This document shows positions 12,102 through 32,400 of a DNA stretch of 64,000 nt, piece after piece. Both the position numbers and the translations under genes were made by a program. The notes below the pieces were generated by a model that ran no database searches, was not told the origin of the DNA, and worked only from the letters and a program-made list of their open reading frames with translations. The DNA is from Monocercomonoides exilis PA203 (Eukaryota; Protista; Preaxostyla), in assembly GCA_001643675.2 (NCBI GenBank), contig LSRY02000025.1:682001-746000 (forward strand), read 5' to 3'. Position 1 is the first letter of the stretch. The number at the start of each line of letters is the position of its first letter.

Positions 12102-14456
12102 ATTTGTCAACTCGGACGAATAATCGAAAATGACGATCTGCAAGTAGCAAAAAAGAAGAATATTTTAGAGGAACTTGCTCTTTCTTTGAATGGTATTTTT
12201 TCTTCCAAACGAGGCGATAAATTTCTTTTAATATTTTTTCCAGATAGCACAAAGGCAATATATGATGAGAATTTTGAACAACTTCTCTTGTTAATGGTTA
12301 AAATGCTGATAAGAGGGCAAAATCACCAACTTCAGGTTTTTATTTATCATCGAAACCTATCTATTTTTCAACCACACCTTTTCACAAACTTCTTAAACTC
12401 GTTATAGTCCCTCATTGAAAGGATAGTTGGAGTTATTGAACCTTTTATATGTTCCAAACAACAAAAAATAAAAAAAGAAAATCATAATATTGAATTAAAT
12501 GATTTTGTTTGCCAGGCAGAAAAGATATTTCGTTCTTTCGTATCAACGCCTCGAAAGTCTGAGGATTTTGTGAATTCTTCGCTTGTGATTGCTCATTTAA
12601 ACTTGCTTTCATCATTCGTTATATGTGGATATGAAGTGGCGTATTGCAATTCATTTAAGGAATCTCTTGATCAACTTTTATTATCAAAGGATCTAAGCAT
12701 ATGCTCTGAGACGACAAAATTAACATTTCTATTATCACGTCAAGAGTTTCCAGCAGGTTCTGAATGGGCGAAAGCATTTTCAATGACATCATCATCATCA
12801 ATACAATCATCATCATCATCATCATTATCATTATCATCTTCTTCTTCATCTTCTCCTTCTCCTTCTTCATCTTCTCCTTCTCCTTCATCATCATCATCTT
12901 CTTCTTCTTCTGACATTGATCCATCTGCTGCAGTTGCTTCATCTCACCCTTCTTCTTCTCCTCCTCTTCATCTTCAAGCTTGTAAACCATCATCAGAACA
13001 CACACTTTCTTCTCATTCACTGAAGGACCTTCTTTCTCCAGGCAGTTCTTCAATCCATTTTGTCTCGTCGTCTCCATCCAGAATCTCGTCCTCACAGGCA
13101 GCTGTGTCGCACACACTCGTTCTGAGGCACACAGCAGTGGTGGTGGAGCAGAAGATAGTCAGCGGTGTGTGGAAGGTCTGCGGAAGGTTCCTGGGCAGCC
13201 CTCGGAGCGTGGGGATTGTGAGCACAAGGACGCAGCTGCGGGACGAAGAGGAGCTTGCAGACCATGAAGGTGTGAAAGATGGATGGAGTTTGTGTGGAAA
13301 TGCTATGGAAACAAGAGAGAGAAGGAAAAAAAAAAAATAAGAGGAGAAATTGGAAGTTGCGATAGTAGAAGTGGTTGATGTTGTAGTTGCTAATTCATTA
13401 GATTTAAAAGAGAGTTATCAAATATCAAGGGCAATATTGCGTTTATTTTTTTAAAATCTTTTTTATGATATATTAATTGTTTTCATTTATTATTATTATT
13501 TTTTATTAATTGCATCTGTGCTGCTACACTGAAAAAAAATAGATGGATTGGAATATTTCTTAGCGTTTGCGTTTCAACTTCTGCATTTGCTGGGCATTCA
13601 CTTATTTTTTACAATCTTTTTTTTTCACATCTTTGAATTTGTGTCGAATAATTTTGACTGTTATTCTTCCTTTCCTCACTTTTTTTTTCAATCTTTCCTT
13701 TCCTTTTTGGCTTTTTTTGTATGGATTTTTTTGTATTGAAGAGGCTATTTGTACCAGGGAAGCCGAGAAGTGAGAGATCTTGCAAAATGCACAGATCAAC
13801 CGCAAACAGCTGACCCTTCTCTCAAATTAGTAAATTCAATGTCATCATCATCATCACCAATACCTTCTTCTTCTTCCCCTTCTTCTTCTTCCTCTTTCTC
13901 TTCTACTCCTTCAGTGTCTTCTCAATGTGTTTCTGTTGAAATTGACATGATGTCAAAGCCTCGCCGTGTCACATTCTTTGCAGATGGCAACAAAATAAGC
14001 TGTTCTGTCACTCACATACCAGATTCAGTTTTCTTTGGGGTATGCAAAAAAAATTTTTTTTCTTTTAAACTCATTCTTTTTATTTTCTATGAATTATTAT
14101 TTTCTTTTTTCATTCTCGACCACCCACTTTCTTTCTCTTTCTTTCTCTTTCTTTCTCTCTCTAAATGTATTTGCGTTGCAATCTTATTAAAATAACAATT
14201 TTCATTCTCTTAACAATTTCACAACAATTTTCAAAACTTTACTCCTTCATAAACATCTATTTATTCCCTTATTTCTTATTTGCTTTTATCGTTATGCATT
14301 CAGTTATCCTTTTATGAGCGTAATTCGAGTTTTGTTGTTGACTCCTTCCAAGAAATGGCATCGCCAACTGTTGTTGCTACTGATCCTGACATCACCTTCA
14401 GATGGAATGAGCTTCCACAGGACGAAGCTTCTGATTATTTTGATGAAGTCTTCTAG
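12102..14456 (+). CDS. Multi-exon hypothetical protein with C-terminal SPRY/B30.2-like beta domain and poly-Ser inserts (start codon not resolved)
   Basis: In-frame GT-AG exon chain ~12102-12192, 12244-12335, 12408-13269, 13543-13564, 13742-14039, ~14304-14456. C-terminal VSVEIDMMSKPRRVTFFADG..VTHIPDSVFFG|LSFY resembles SPRY strands. Confidence 0.6.
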
Positions 14457-14785
14457 AAATTGACATGAATCAATATTCAATTTTTGATTTTTATTTATTT
14501 ATTTTTTATTCTTGTAAATATTTAATTAAAATAGATAAATTCTATCAATGGAGAATTTCTTAAAAACAAACAAACAACAACAACAAAAAAAAAGTTCATG
14601 AAAATGCATATTCTTTTGCATTTACATATTTAAGTTATTTGTAGTAAATTTTCAAAATTAAAAAGACAAACATAAAGGATATAAATAAATTTCTAACAAT
14701 TCATTGAATAATGATTTTTGTAAACAACATTGAGAATCTTATCATAAAGCAGAAAAAAGTGTCTGATCTTTATCTTCCATCTTTT

Positions 14786-16133
14786 CTACTTTTTCAGAAG
14801 TTGCGTCTCTTTCAGCCATCTTCCAGCATTGCTCCATTCCCATTCGTTGCAGAACATTTTGTGCCGCCGTTGAAGAGTTGACACAATCCATTCTATAACA
14901 AAAAAAAAAAAAAGGTGTTTAACCTTGGAGAGAGATAAAAAGAGAGAAGACAAACCGAAATTCTCGAAATGTGGGCTTCTTGACAACACCTTTCCATAAA
15001 AGCTTGCAGCTAAATATGTGTATAAATATCGAATTAATTACAATGCAATTGTCATAATTAAAGAAAATAAAGTTTCAAATATTAAACAGTCACATTTAAT
15101 AATTATCAGAAAATATTTAGAAAGAAGAGGCACACAAATTAGTTTCAATTGGTATCATTGGTTGATTTGGAAATCTCAAAGAAGCGCTTCCAGAGGCTGG
15201 AGAAGGCTGCGTGGAAGATGAAGGATCTTGCGCTTGATCGGATTGTTGAGAACTTTCTCCAGTTGCTGCTGGAGCAGCCTGTGCTTGTAAAGGAAATGGC
15301 ATTCCCCAATTTATTCTCTTTGTCATTGTGTTTATGTATTTCTTGATGTTTTGCGGTGGCCCTTCAACAAGAACTAATTGCATTCCTGGCTGACCAAAAA
15401 CCATAAGACACATGCCTGTCAAATGAAGCTCAACTGCATTTGTCTTGACTCTAAACCTCAATTTAGAGTTCGATAAATCTCCGATCCTGAATAAAGCAAG
15501 AACACAAGCTTTTTTTAAATCTTCCCTGACTTTATTAACAATTTTTTCCCTCCGTTCTTCTTTTGATAATTTTCTATCTTGATTACGCTTTTCATGAGCT
15601 TCTCTTCGTTTTCTTTCGGCTTCTCGAACAAGTTTTTCAACTTCTGTCGGATTTGCAACCATTTGCTCATTAAGGACTCGAGCCATATTTGATATTTTAA
15701 CCTTTGGTGGAGGAGGTGGCAATTCTCCAGTTCGTATTTTTTCTTGTATTTCTCTGACAACAGCCATCCTTCTTTGTCTTCGAATCTTTTTTCTTTCTTT
15801 CTTAGTTAGCATTATTTCTTGAGGCGGAGGTGCATAAGTTGTTGTTGCAGGTGGGAGTGCAGGAGGTATAAAAAGATTTCCAGTTATATTTTCAACTTTC
15901 ACAGCAGAATAAGAAGAGTTTTCAACAACTGGCTCATCCCACCATTCTATTGCTGGTGCTTTTCTTCGGTTTTGAACTGATGTAGATCCAAACTCAGCAA
16001 GAGAAACTTGTCCATCAATTATTGTATCTGTTACATATGATAAAGCTATATTCTGACTCCTTCGCTTAAGTTTTTGCTTTGGAGCATCAGATGTCGTTAA
16101 TAAATCAAGTTTTAGTCGACGACTAAAAGCCAT
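14786..16133 (-). CDS. PRP3: U4/U6 snRNP protein Prp3; 3 exons
   Basis: Motifs IEWWD, LTKKERKKIRRQRR, PPPPPKVKISNMARVL, NPTEVE and HEKRNQDRKLSKEE. Exons 16133-15136, 15009-14956 and 14892-14786 complete the C-terminal domain (NF|CKLLWKGVVKKPTFREFR|MDC...QCWKMA). Confidence 0.93.
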
Positions 16134-16273
16134 ATAAAGGAAAAAATTTAATTAAAATTAATTTGATCTAATGTTTTAATAAAATTTTTTGACAATCACA
16201 TAATCCCATTTATTGTTGAAATTTTTCTTTGATCGGTTTTTTTTTTTCAAAATCGAAAGAGAAATTACAGGAA

Positions 16274-18089
16274 ATGTATCATACACAATCTTTTGTTATG
16301 CTTGAAAAACATTCGACACTCAGGGAAGCATATCGCGATTTTAAAGACACAGACCTTACGGTTCATTATGACGATGGATCAACAAAGACATTTTCAGCTC
16401 CTTGCAAAGTTAAAGATGTGATAAGCGTGCCTCAAATTCGTAAATGTAGCTCGCCCATTGTTGGAGCACTTGTGAACAATGAATTGATGGGTTTGATAAA
16501 TTTCATGAATTTTTGATTATTTCGAATAAAAATTTTTTCTTTAAGGAATGGATGAACTTCTATTTACAAATGTGATGAACATAAAACCTGTTCCATTAAA
16601 TACATCGCTTGGAGCTCAAATATATCGTCGTTCACTTCAATTTCTCCTTTCTATGGCTGTTAGCAGAGTATTTCCAAAAAGAAGACTTGTCATTGGACAT
16701 TCACTTGGAAGTGGAATATATTTTGAATTTCAAGAAGAGCCCATTGCAGCGTTGACAGAAGAAGAACTTCAAAAAATTAATGCAGAAATGGAGATGATCG
16801 TAAAGTCTGACTTCCCTATTAAACGTAGACGTATTGCATGGCCCGAAGCAGTTGATCATTTTAATGCCATTAAGCAAGAGCAAACAATGATGCTTGTTGC
16901 GCAACACAACCGCCCGTACGTGCCAATTGTAGTTTGTGACGGATACATCGATATCTGGCATGGACCGCATGCTGAGTCGACGTCAATATTAAACAAATTC
17001 GAGCTGAGACGATACGGAACAGAGAGCGGATTTCTGCTGCGATTCCCAAGAGCAGAAATACCAGACGAGATCCCTGAGTTTAAAGACATGCCGAAGATAT
17101 TTGACACATTCAAGGAATCCAAATACAGAGGAAAAGTTCTGGGAGTGCGATGCGCGGGCGATCTGAACCGTCTTATTGGTCGCGCAACAAAAGGTGACCT
17201 CCAGTCGTACATTTTGGTGTCCGAGGCACTGCACGAAAGGCAGCTGGTGAATGTGGCAGAGAAGATCGTGACACGCCCGTCGGTTCATCTTGTGCTGATA
17301 GCAGGACCTTCATCTTCGGGAAAAACGACATTTGCGCGGAAGCTGTGCGTGCAGCTGCAAGTGTTTGGGAAGCGTCCGCATTGCATTTCGCTGGACGATT
17401 TTTACGTCAACCGCGAAAAGACACCAAAAGACGAGAAAGGCGAATACGATTTCGAGGCTGTTGAAGCACTTGACCTGCCGTTTTTGAATGAGACGCTGCT
17501 GAAGCTGCTGAGCGGTGAGGAAGTGACACTGCCAAAATTCGACTTTAAGTCTGGCACGCGCAAGCAAGGGCAGTCGATGCAGCTGAGCGATAACTCGATC
17601 ATTGTGATGGAAGGCATCCACGGCTTGAATGACAGACTGACTGCGATGATTCCACAGGACAAAAAGTACAAGATCTTCATTTCTGCGCTGACTCAGCTGA
17701 ATCTGGACGATCACAACCGCATCCCCACAACAGATAATAGGCTGGTGCGAAGGATGGTGAGAGACTTCCAGTTCCGCGGGACGTCTGGCGAGGAGACGCT
17801 GATGCGGTGGCCTTCGGTGCGAGCAGGCGAAGAGAAACACATCTTCCCTCACCAGGGCAATGCAGACTTCATATTCAACTCGGCACTTGATTATGAGCTG
17901 GCTGCACTGAAAGTGATTGCAGAGCCTCTATTGAAGAACATCAGGCCAACCACCCCGGTGTATCATGAGGCGCTGAGGCTGCTGTCGTTCTTGCAGAACT
18001 TCGATCCAATTCCACACAAGTACATTCCTGACTGCTCAATCCTGAGAGAATTCATTGGAGACTCGCCATATCACAAGGATGTGTTTTAA
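16274..18089 (+). CDS. Bacterial-type nucleoside/uridine kinase with N-terminal TGS + ThrRS/AlaRS editing-like domain; 2 exons
   Basis: Exons 16274-16490 and 16546-18089 (intron GTTTGA..TTAAG), ~586 aa. Motifs VGALVNNEL, IYRRSLQFLL, HSLGSGIY, P-loop IAGPSSSGKTTF, SLDDFY, EGIHGLN, DNRLVRRMVRD, WPSVRAGEEKHIFP and FNSALDYEL. Confidence 0.92.
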
Positions 18090-19135
18090 GAAATTGAGAA
18101 GGAAGAAGAAGAAGAAGAAGAGGAGGAGGAAGAGGAGGAAGAGGAAGGCTATGATGAAGAAGAGGCAAGAATCACCTTGAAGATTTGTTTCTCTTGTATA
18201 TTTTTTTCAAGCAAGAGATTGAGAGTGAAAAAAAATAAATTTGAAAGAGAAAAGATTATTATTATTATTATTATTTTTTCTGTTTTAATGTTTTGGAGAA
18301 AGTAACTTCCATTGAACCGTAAGGCGCAAACGCTGCATTTCTTCATTCGCTGTTTTGTATTATGTGCTGGATGATAAATGTGAAAATTTTAAGCAACCAT
18401 TTTGACTTCTTGGGCTTTTTCATATTTTCTTCATTTTGATCAAATTATGTTCTCTCTTTTTAATTGAGAAACCATGCAAACAACATTATTTTTTTTTTTT
18501 TTTTTTTGAATTATTTTTGTCATATTATTTTTTATCAAACAATCAAAAACAGTAATGTCAGATTTGAAGGAATTTTTATTTTCTAATTGTTTCATCCAAT
18601 TAAAAAGGATTTTCAAAACGTCTTTTGATTTATTTTCTTTAAGAATTCTGAAAACGTTTATGGGATATAATTGTTTGATCAGAAAAATCCATTGAATTGA
18701 AAAAACTACTTTTTATAATCTTGCCGTTTTCAATATTTTTGCTTATTTCCTTTTGAGATGACGATTATTCAAGAAAAATTATTATTAGGATGCTTTATAA
18801 TCTGATTTGTCCAACTGTTTAACACAGATTAATGACATCACACAAAAAAAACAGTTTATGAAATAACCAAACAAAACAATGAACAAGAAAATAGAGAAAA
18901 AATTTTTTGTTCAAATAAAAATGTAATAAACTTCTTTGAAGTGGGAATAAAACGTCTACTTATGAACAGAAAAAGAAAGTTGTTTAAATATCTATCAAAA
19001 ATACATAAGTTTCATCTCGAAGAGCTTAAAAGTGGGTTAATCATCACATGAAGCGTCGTTTCATCTGAAAAAAAAATAATTATTTTTTTGCAAAAAGATC
19101 AATATTTTTTTAAATTTACAGAAAAAACATTAGAA

Positions 19136-25991
<6,856 letters not shown>

Positions 25992-26144
25992 ATATACGAG
26001 ATCCTTATTTTGCACGCTTGGCTAAAACCTTTTTAACAAAATTATCAAAAGAATTAATTATGTTTCTTTATTAAAATCAAAAGAAAATGTAATAGTCAGA
26101 GTTGAAGGATTGCAAATTTGTAGAAATTAAAAAAAGAAAGGAAT

Positions 26145-28531
26145 ATGAACCATAACAAAAATTCGATTGATTCTTCATTGATATTTCATTCTTTTAAAAT
26201 GAGCATAGAAATGTTTTCAAAAAATATTAATGGATCGACATTATTGTACGATGTTTATTCGAAGTCAATAGTGTATACCTTAAAGCTGCATGAAGAATTG
26301 ATGGACGGACTTTCACCAGAAGAAATTGGCTATATTTTCATGGGAAGAACCGTTTTGGATTGTACACCATTGTTCAAGCTTAATGCTGTTTGCCTTTTTA
26401 TTTAAAATATTTAAAAGTATTTCAATTCTATTTTCGAAAAATTTTTTTTAGAGAATTGGTTCAACGTTTTGTTCTGTGCTAAAGAGAACTTTTATCCCTG
26501 CTAAAATACCTGCACCTTTTAAATTGAAAAAGAGCGAGATGGAAGCTGCTGAAGTTTATGAACGTTTGACTTTTAAAACGAATTTGCATTTTTGTAATGC
26601 ATTTATTAGAACTTATGGCTTTTTCAACGATTCCAACTTCAAATTTACCTTATGTCTTGCATCAGGCAAGATCGTGCTTGCCATTGCTTTCATTAGAATA
26701 TTTTGAAGAAAAATTTGACTTTATGATAAAGAACGTAATTTTGAAACATTTTTCATTAACAAGTGAAAATCTTGATGTGGACTTCCCATTAGTTGGATTA
26801 CTTTTCGCGTTCGTGAAGCGTTTACATGACTCTAAAGTTGTGAAGAAGTTTTTAAGACAAGAATGGATAAAAGAATTTGTATCAAATTTGATAAATAAGA
26901 CAACTCTTTTATTGGCAGAATGGAAAACAAAACAAGAACTGTTTACAAAAGAAAAAAGATTTATATTGATATGGTGCATGTTTGTGATGATTGCTTTGCA
27001 AGGCTATAAATGGGAAACTTTGAAAGAGCAGCACGTAATTTTTTTGATATTATCGATCAAGTCTGATTTATGCGAAGAAAACTTCACTTATATTCGAGAT
27101 ACAATAGCGCTGATAAGTTTATTAGCTACTCATCCAAGTTTGAATATTTTCATTATAAAGTTTATTCTCTGTCATTAAAATTTTATCTTTTTTTAATGTT
27201 TGAAAAATTCATTCATTCATTTTTTCTTTCTCTCTTAATCTTTGATTGATTGTTTATTTCTAATATAAATATTTCCTTTAAAAGTACCTCCGTTGAATGA
27301 AAAGATTATTGGGAAAAAATGTAAATGGCATTTTATTACATTAAATCCCAGAAGAATACTTTTCAAAATAGCCAACTTGCAGCTGAAGAGATTTTTCAAT
27401 TCTTCTTCAGCAGCAGTTCCATGCTCTTCAATCTCAACTTCATTTCCAGGTACCAATCCTTTAGCATATGCTTCCGATTCAGTTATCGCTTCTTCATCGG
27501 AGCTGCTGCCATCGTGTCAATTGAGTGCATCCACATTTTTGCAATTAATCAAAAGTTTGCTATTTCTTCATCAGGACTTTAAAAATGAAAGCGAAGAAGA
27601 TGAAGATGGAAATGGAGAAGAAAATGAAAATTGGTGGATTAGGTCACTTTTGTATCTTTGTGAACACTTTGTTTCGCTTCAAAACATCTGCGATAAAATG
27701 AATTTCCAAATGCAATCAAAAAGAATTGACTCTGATAAAATCCAAATCATTAGCAATGATTGTTCAATTGCTGAAGATTCCACAATGGAAAGAAAAAAAA
27801 TTGATTGTTTCAATACGTCAGATTTCATTGGACTAAAAAATATTGTCGAAGATTTCTCTGAAAGAAATAAAGTGTTGAAGTCATTTGCTGATATTGAAAC
27901 ATTCAACAATGCATTATTTGAGTTTGCACATTTCATAAGTCTGCTTCTGGCTTCAAACTCAGCTTTCATCCATTGCTTAATTAACATACCTGCATTAGTT
28001 CAAACACTCCTTTGCTTTGCTTCTGGTGGTGTTCATTACGGAATGTGCACTGTTTTAAAGAACGTAATTGAAGAGGAAGAAGAGCAATCCAGGAGAGAAA
28101 GGAATGCAATAGCTTTTGAATATCTGAGAATTGAAAGCATTCAAAGTCTTTCTCTATGTGTTGAGAATGGCAGTGAAGAAGATGTTATCCAGTTGCTTCA
28201 AATGGGAATTGTTAGTGTTGCATGCGAAGGTGCAATAAAATCGAGATATAGTCATGAACGACAAGAAAGAAATGTATTTATCGAATTATTAGGAGTCATT
28301 TATAATAGAGCTTGCAGAGATGATGAAGAAGTAAACAATCAACTTAAACTAAAGAAAGGATATGCAAACAGAATATCTCCAGTATGGCGCTGTTTTATTA
28401 ACAGTTGCATTGAGGAAGGAGTGGAAGATATTTTGGAATCATACCGCGATAAAATATTGAGATTGTTCAGTGCTCACGAATATTTTCAAGAAATTGTGTC
28501 AAATTTATCTAATTTGTTATTTTCTAAATAG
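26145..28531 (+). CDS. Hypothetical alpha-helical (ARM/HEAT-like) protein, ~4 exons
   Basis: Consecutive ORFs 26145-, 26476-, 26597- and 27293- are linked by GTTTG..AG introns. Leu-rich helical composition with C-terminal EEGVEDILE motif. No recognisable catalytic motif. Confidence 0.65.
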
Positions 28532-29417
28532 TTTTATAAATGATTTGGCAATTTTGATTGATCTCTTTGAGTTCAGATTTTTTGTAGTTAATTGTTTTGC
28601 GTTTTCCATTCTTTATTTTTGGGAAATATTTTGGCATTTTAGTAACCCTTTCATCGGTTTTTTGAAAAGCTTTTAACCAAAATTTTTATTTAAATTACAA
28701 GTTTGGCAAGGTTTTAGTTTGCTATGTTAGTTTTTATTCTTTTCGTACATGCTTTTAATCTTTTATTTTTATGTTTCGTAAAAAATATTATGTAATTTAT
28801 AGATTGTTCGGAGAGTTGTGTTCAAAGAAATTAACGTTGGGAATTGAATTGCTCATGAACAAAATTTGAAGCTGTATTACACAAAATCCAACAAGAACAT
28901 ATTTTTTAATAAAATACTGACATTTATAAATTTGTTCTTCTTGAATTAAATAATTAATTTGGTTTAGGCAATCTTTTTTATTGCATATCAAAATTATGGA
29001 GAAAAAAATGTGATTATGTCATTTTTAATTCGTTCAAAATCTATTGTCACAATGCTTTATTTCAAGCAATTTGAACATTTAAATATTTATAATGGCACAA
29101 AAAATTCAAATAAAACTCTCATCCATTTTCCCATTACAACAGATTTAATTCAGGTCATTTATTTACAACGCAAATTCTAACAAGGCATCATTCGCTAGCA
29201 AATAATAAAAGACATAAATCAAAAACAAAAAGTCAGCATTTATCTGCTAGGTGTGATAAACAAATACAACAATGATGAGATCAAATTTTCATCATTTAAC
29301 CTCGTTATACAATGAAAATAAAAAGTTAACACTAATCAAAATTAAAAGTGCAAATAAAAACTTAATCAAACATAAAAAAAGATTAAATACGCATGAGGAT
29401 CATCCACATGGAATAAT

Positions 29418-32400
29418 TTACTTTCTTCTTCTTCCTACAAACTCTGTTCCAGGTGAATAAACAATATTCCCTGTAAATACATCAAAACTCAACCGTAATG
29501 AAGACGTTGCTGTTTTCGAAAGGTTAGAACAAGAGTTGTCAAAAGATGAAGACATAAATGAAGAAAATGAGCAATACTGTGAACACGATTGCTCTTGCGA
29601 AAACGCTTGGCCGTGCAAATTTTTGACTTTGGATGTCTTTTTTCTCAATTTACACGGCATTTTAACAGATGAACGAAGAAAAGGAGGAAGGGAATTCGCA
29701 AAATGTGCGGACCTACGCAAATTGAATGGAAACTTTGATAAACTGGTTGTTTTACCTGAAGATAAAACAAGAGGATTTGAATCAGCATAAACATGGGCTT
29801 GGGTGCTCCTTTCCAGTAAATTTCTTTCCATTCCATATCTCAAAGATGAATTAAAATGATCGTCAATTTTAGTCGAATCCATTTTATTCTCTTGAGTTGT
29901 TCCTTCCTGCTTATCTTTCATCTGTTTGGTAAAATAAGAAAAATCTTTATTCACTGCTCTTTCTTTCTCCAATACAACTGATCGAATATGAGACTCCCTT
30001 GAAGGATACGCAATAACAACTGGCACCTTATCCACAGTTCCTTCAACAAAGAATATTCCCTCTGGCCCTTCCATAATATCTGTTATTACACGCTCCGTTC
30101 CAGACACATTATCACTCAGCGCAGCTTCATTTGATGAAAGTGTGTTGAGAGATGTATGTTTTTTCACAATAGGTTCTGGTTCTCTATAATAATCAGTTTG
30201 ATGCAACTTCGAATCTGAACTGTCCTCAGAATTATTCAATTTATTCTCCTCGATTTTCATCATGTTTTCCTGCAACTTATCTGAAATGTGCTTTTCGTGT
30301 GGTGTGCATTTCTCAATCGCATCCGTCCACATTCCCACGCTGCACGCTGCAGCATCGACTCCACCCTTTGAAGAGAACTTGCTTCTCCCCAAAATCCGCG
30401 ATGAACTCAATGCCTGAGCCATGTGCATCTGCAGAGAATGCTCGTATGACATGGTCACAAACAACGACGCTGGAAATCCGAAAAGCTTTACTCTCGACGA
30501 CAGCTGCATCTCTCCACCAACTGGCGCTGGCTGTGCTTTCATCTTCCTTCCAAGCAAAGATTCTATTGCATTGTTCAATTCTTTATCCATTTCTTCCATT
30601 TTACCCTGTTGAATCTGATGCTTCCTGATCTTCCTAATCCTTTCAATGATGGCATCAGTACTAATATCGCTGAGTTGTCGAAGCTGTGTGATCTCCTCTT
30701 GAGACAACTTCAAAGACTGAGGAACACGGATGCGCCTGCTCCCAATGACAGCATAGTGATAGTTTACTTGACGCTTAGCGGAGAAATATGAAGGTTCATT
30801 CTTTTCTTTTGAAGCATGCCGAGAACTATCGAACTCCTTGAATGTTGAGGAATCACTTTCATGCAGGGCAAAACTTGAATCTTTGCTGTTAAGATTATCC
30901 ATTTGAGCAGTTGGACTCAAACATTCGTTTTCGGTGCTTGCAGATTCAACGTTCCCTCTTAAAGATAACTCTGTTTGAGTATCAGTTATGCTTGAATTAG
31001 GTTGGCTTTTGCTTTCCAATGAATTTTCTGATCGACTCGAATGACCTGAATCTCCATCACTTTCCATCTTATTTTGATTATCCTTTTTCTTCTCTGTAAA
31101 ATCATTTTTGGCAGAAATCTGTGAAGGCTTAAGAGCTTTTTCGCTTTGTGCATTAACATTTCGAGCATTTCTTTGTGAAGACTTGCTTTCCGTTTCAAAC
31201 TCTGAAGTAGCTGACTCTGTTGTCTCATTGTCATTTTCCTCTTCTATTTTCGTTATTTTTTCCTCTTTCTTCTTTTCATTTTTCATTTTTTTGTTACTCA
31301 ATCTTTTCCTGTACTCCCTTGAATCAGGCAGAGGTTTGTTAAATTCTTCAAATGCCTTTTTTGCTTGTTTTTCCTCTGAATCTGATAGCACCATTTGTGG
31401 ATGGCAAAAGCTAGCAGGGTTAGAAATTGGCCGATATGTGTGTGTTTGGTTAACCAGATCTTCATCGTACATCTCTGGAAAACTGGAATGTACAGAAGAT
31501 GAACTTGAAGCAGAAAAACTCGGAAAATGACTAGAACCAAGTTCATATGTTGAACCAACAATTTCCCATGGGAATGGAGGGAGGTTCCGCATCCAATTAG
31601 CAAAAGGATCCACATACGTCAATAACTTAACATTAGCAGACCGTTGAGACGAATGAATGGACCGAGAGGAAGAGGAAAATGATGGAGAGTAACTTTCTGA
31701 ACATTGAGCGGATGATGATGAGCTTTCATTAGGATGTTGAGTTCCGAACGAACTTTTATCCATTAAATTGTAATCTGAATGAACATATCCAACAAACGAG
31801 GGAAGTACAACTTGATTTTCATCATCGTTAGCCAGCGCATCAACCAAATTTTGCTTTCGAGAAAAGTCCACGTGGAATGTTGACTGTGCATAATGTGACA
31901 AATAAAAAGCAAGCACATATGAAGAGACTGAAACAGTTACAGGAATTTTATTAACATTTCTTCCAATATCAACCACCAAATCGTGACTTAACAATATCTT
32001 ACATTGATTGCTCAACAACTTTGTAATTTCTGACATTCTTTCTTTCAACAACATATCATCATCCTGTGCAAAACAAGGTTTCTTTTCCATTTGGACATGT
32101 TTTGATTTCTCACCATATTCACTTAAAGAAGCAGGCCAAACACTTCCATCATCCATTCTCATTTTGTGCCAATTCAATCTATTTTGCTTTCTTCTCCTTT
32201 GTCTCAGCTCCCATTCAGTCAACTCCATTTCTCTTGAAGAACTAGTCATTGAATATGTGTCATCTCTAGCCGAACACTCAGCATCCATAAATGCTGCGCG
32301 AGAAACAGCAAAATAGGATTCTCCAACAACAAGCGCCGTTGCAACATCAAAGCGAGACACAGAAGCAACAGAAAGCGCAGCATCATATTCCATCACAAAA

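Noticed and set aside
14786-15010. Possible ncRNA or independent ORF in GC-richer islands
   Set aside because: They are fully explained as the last two Prp3 exons.
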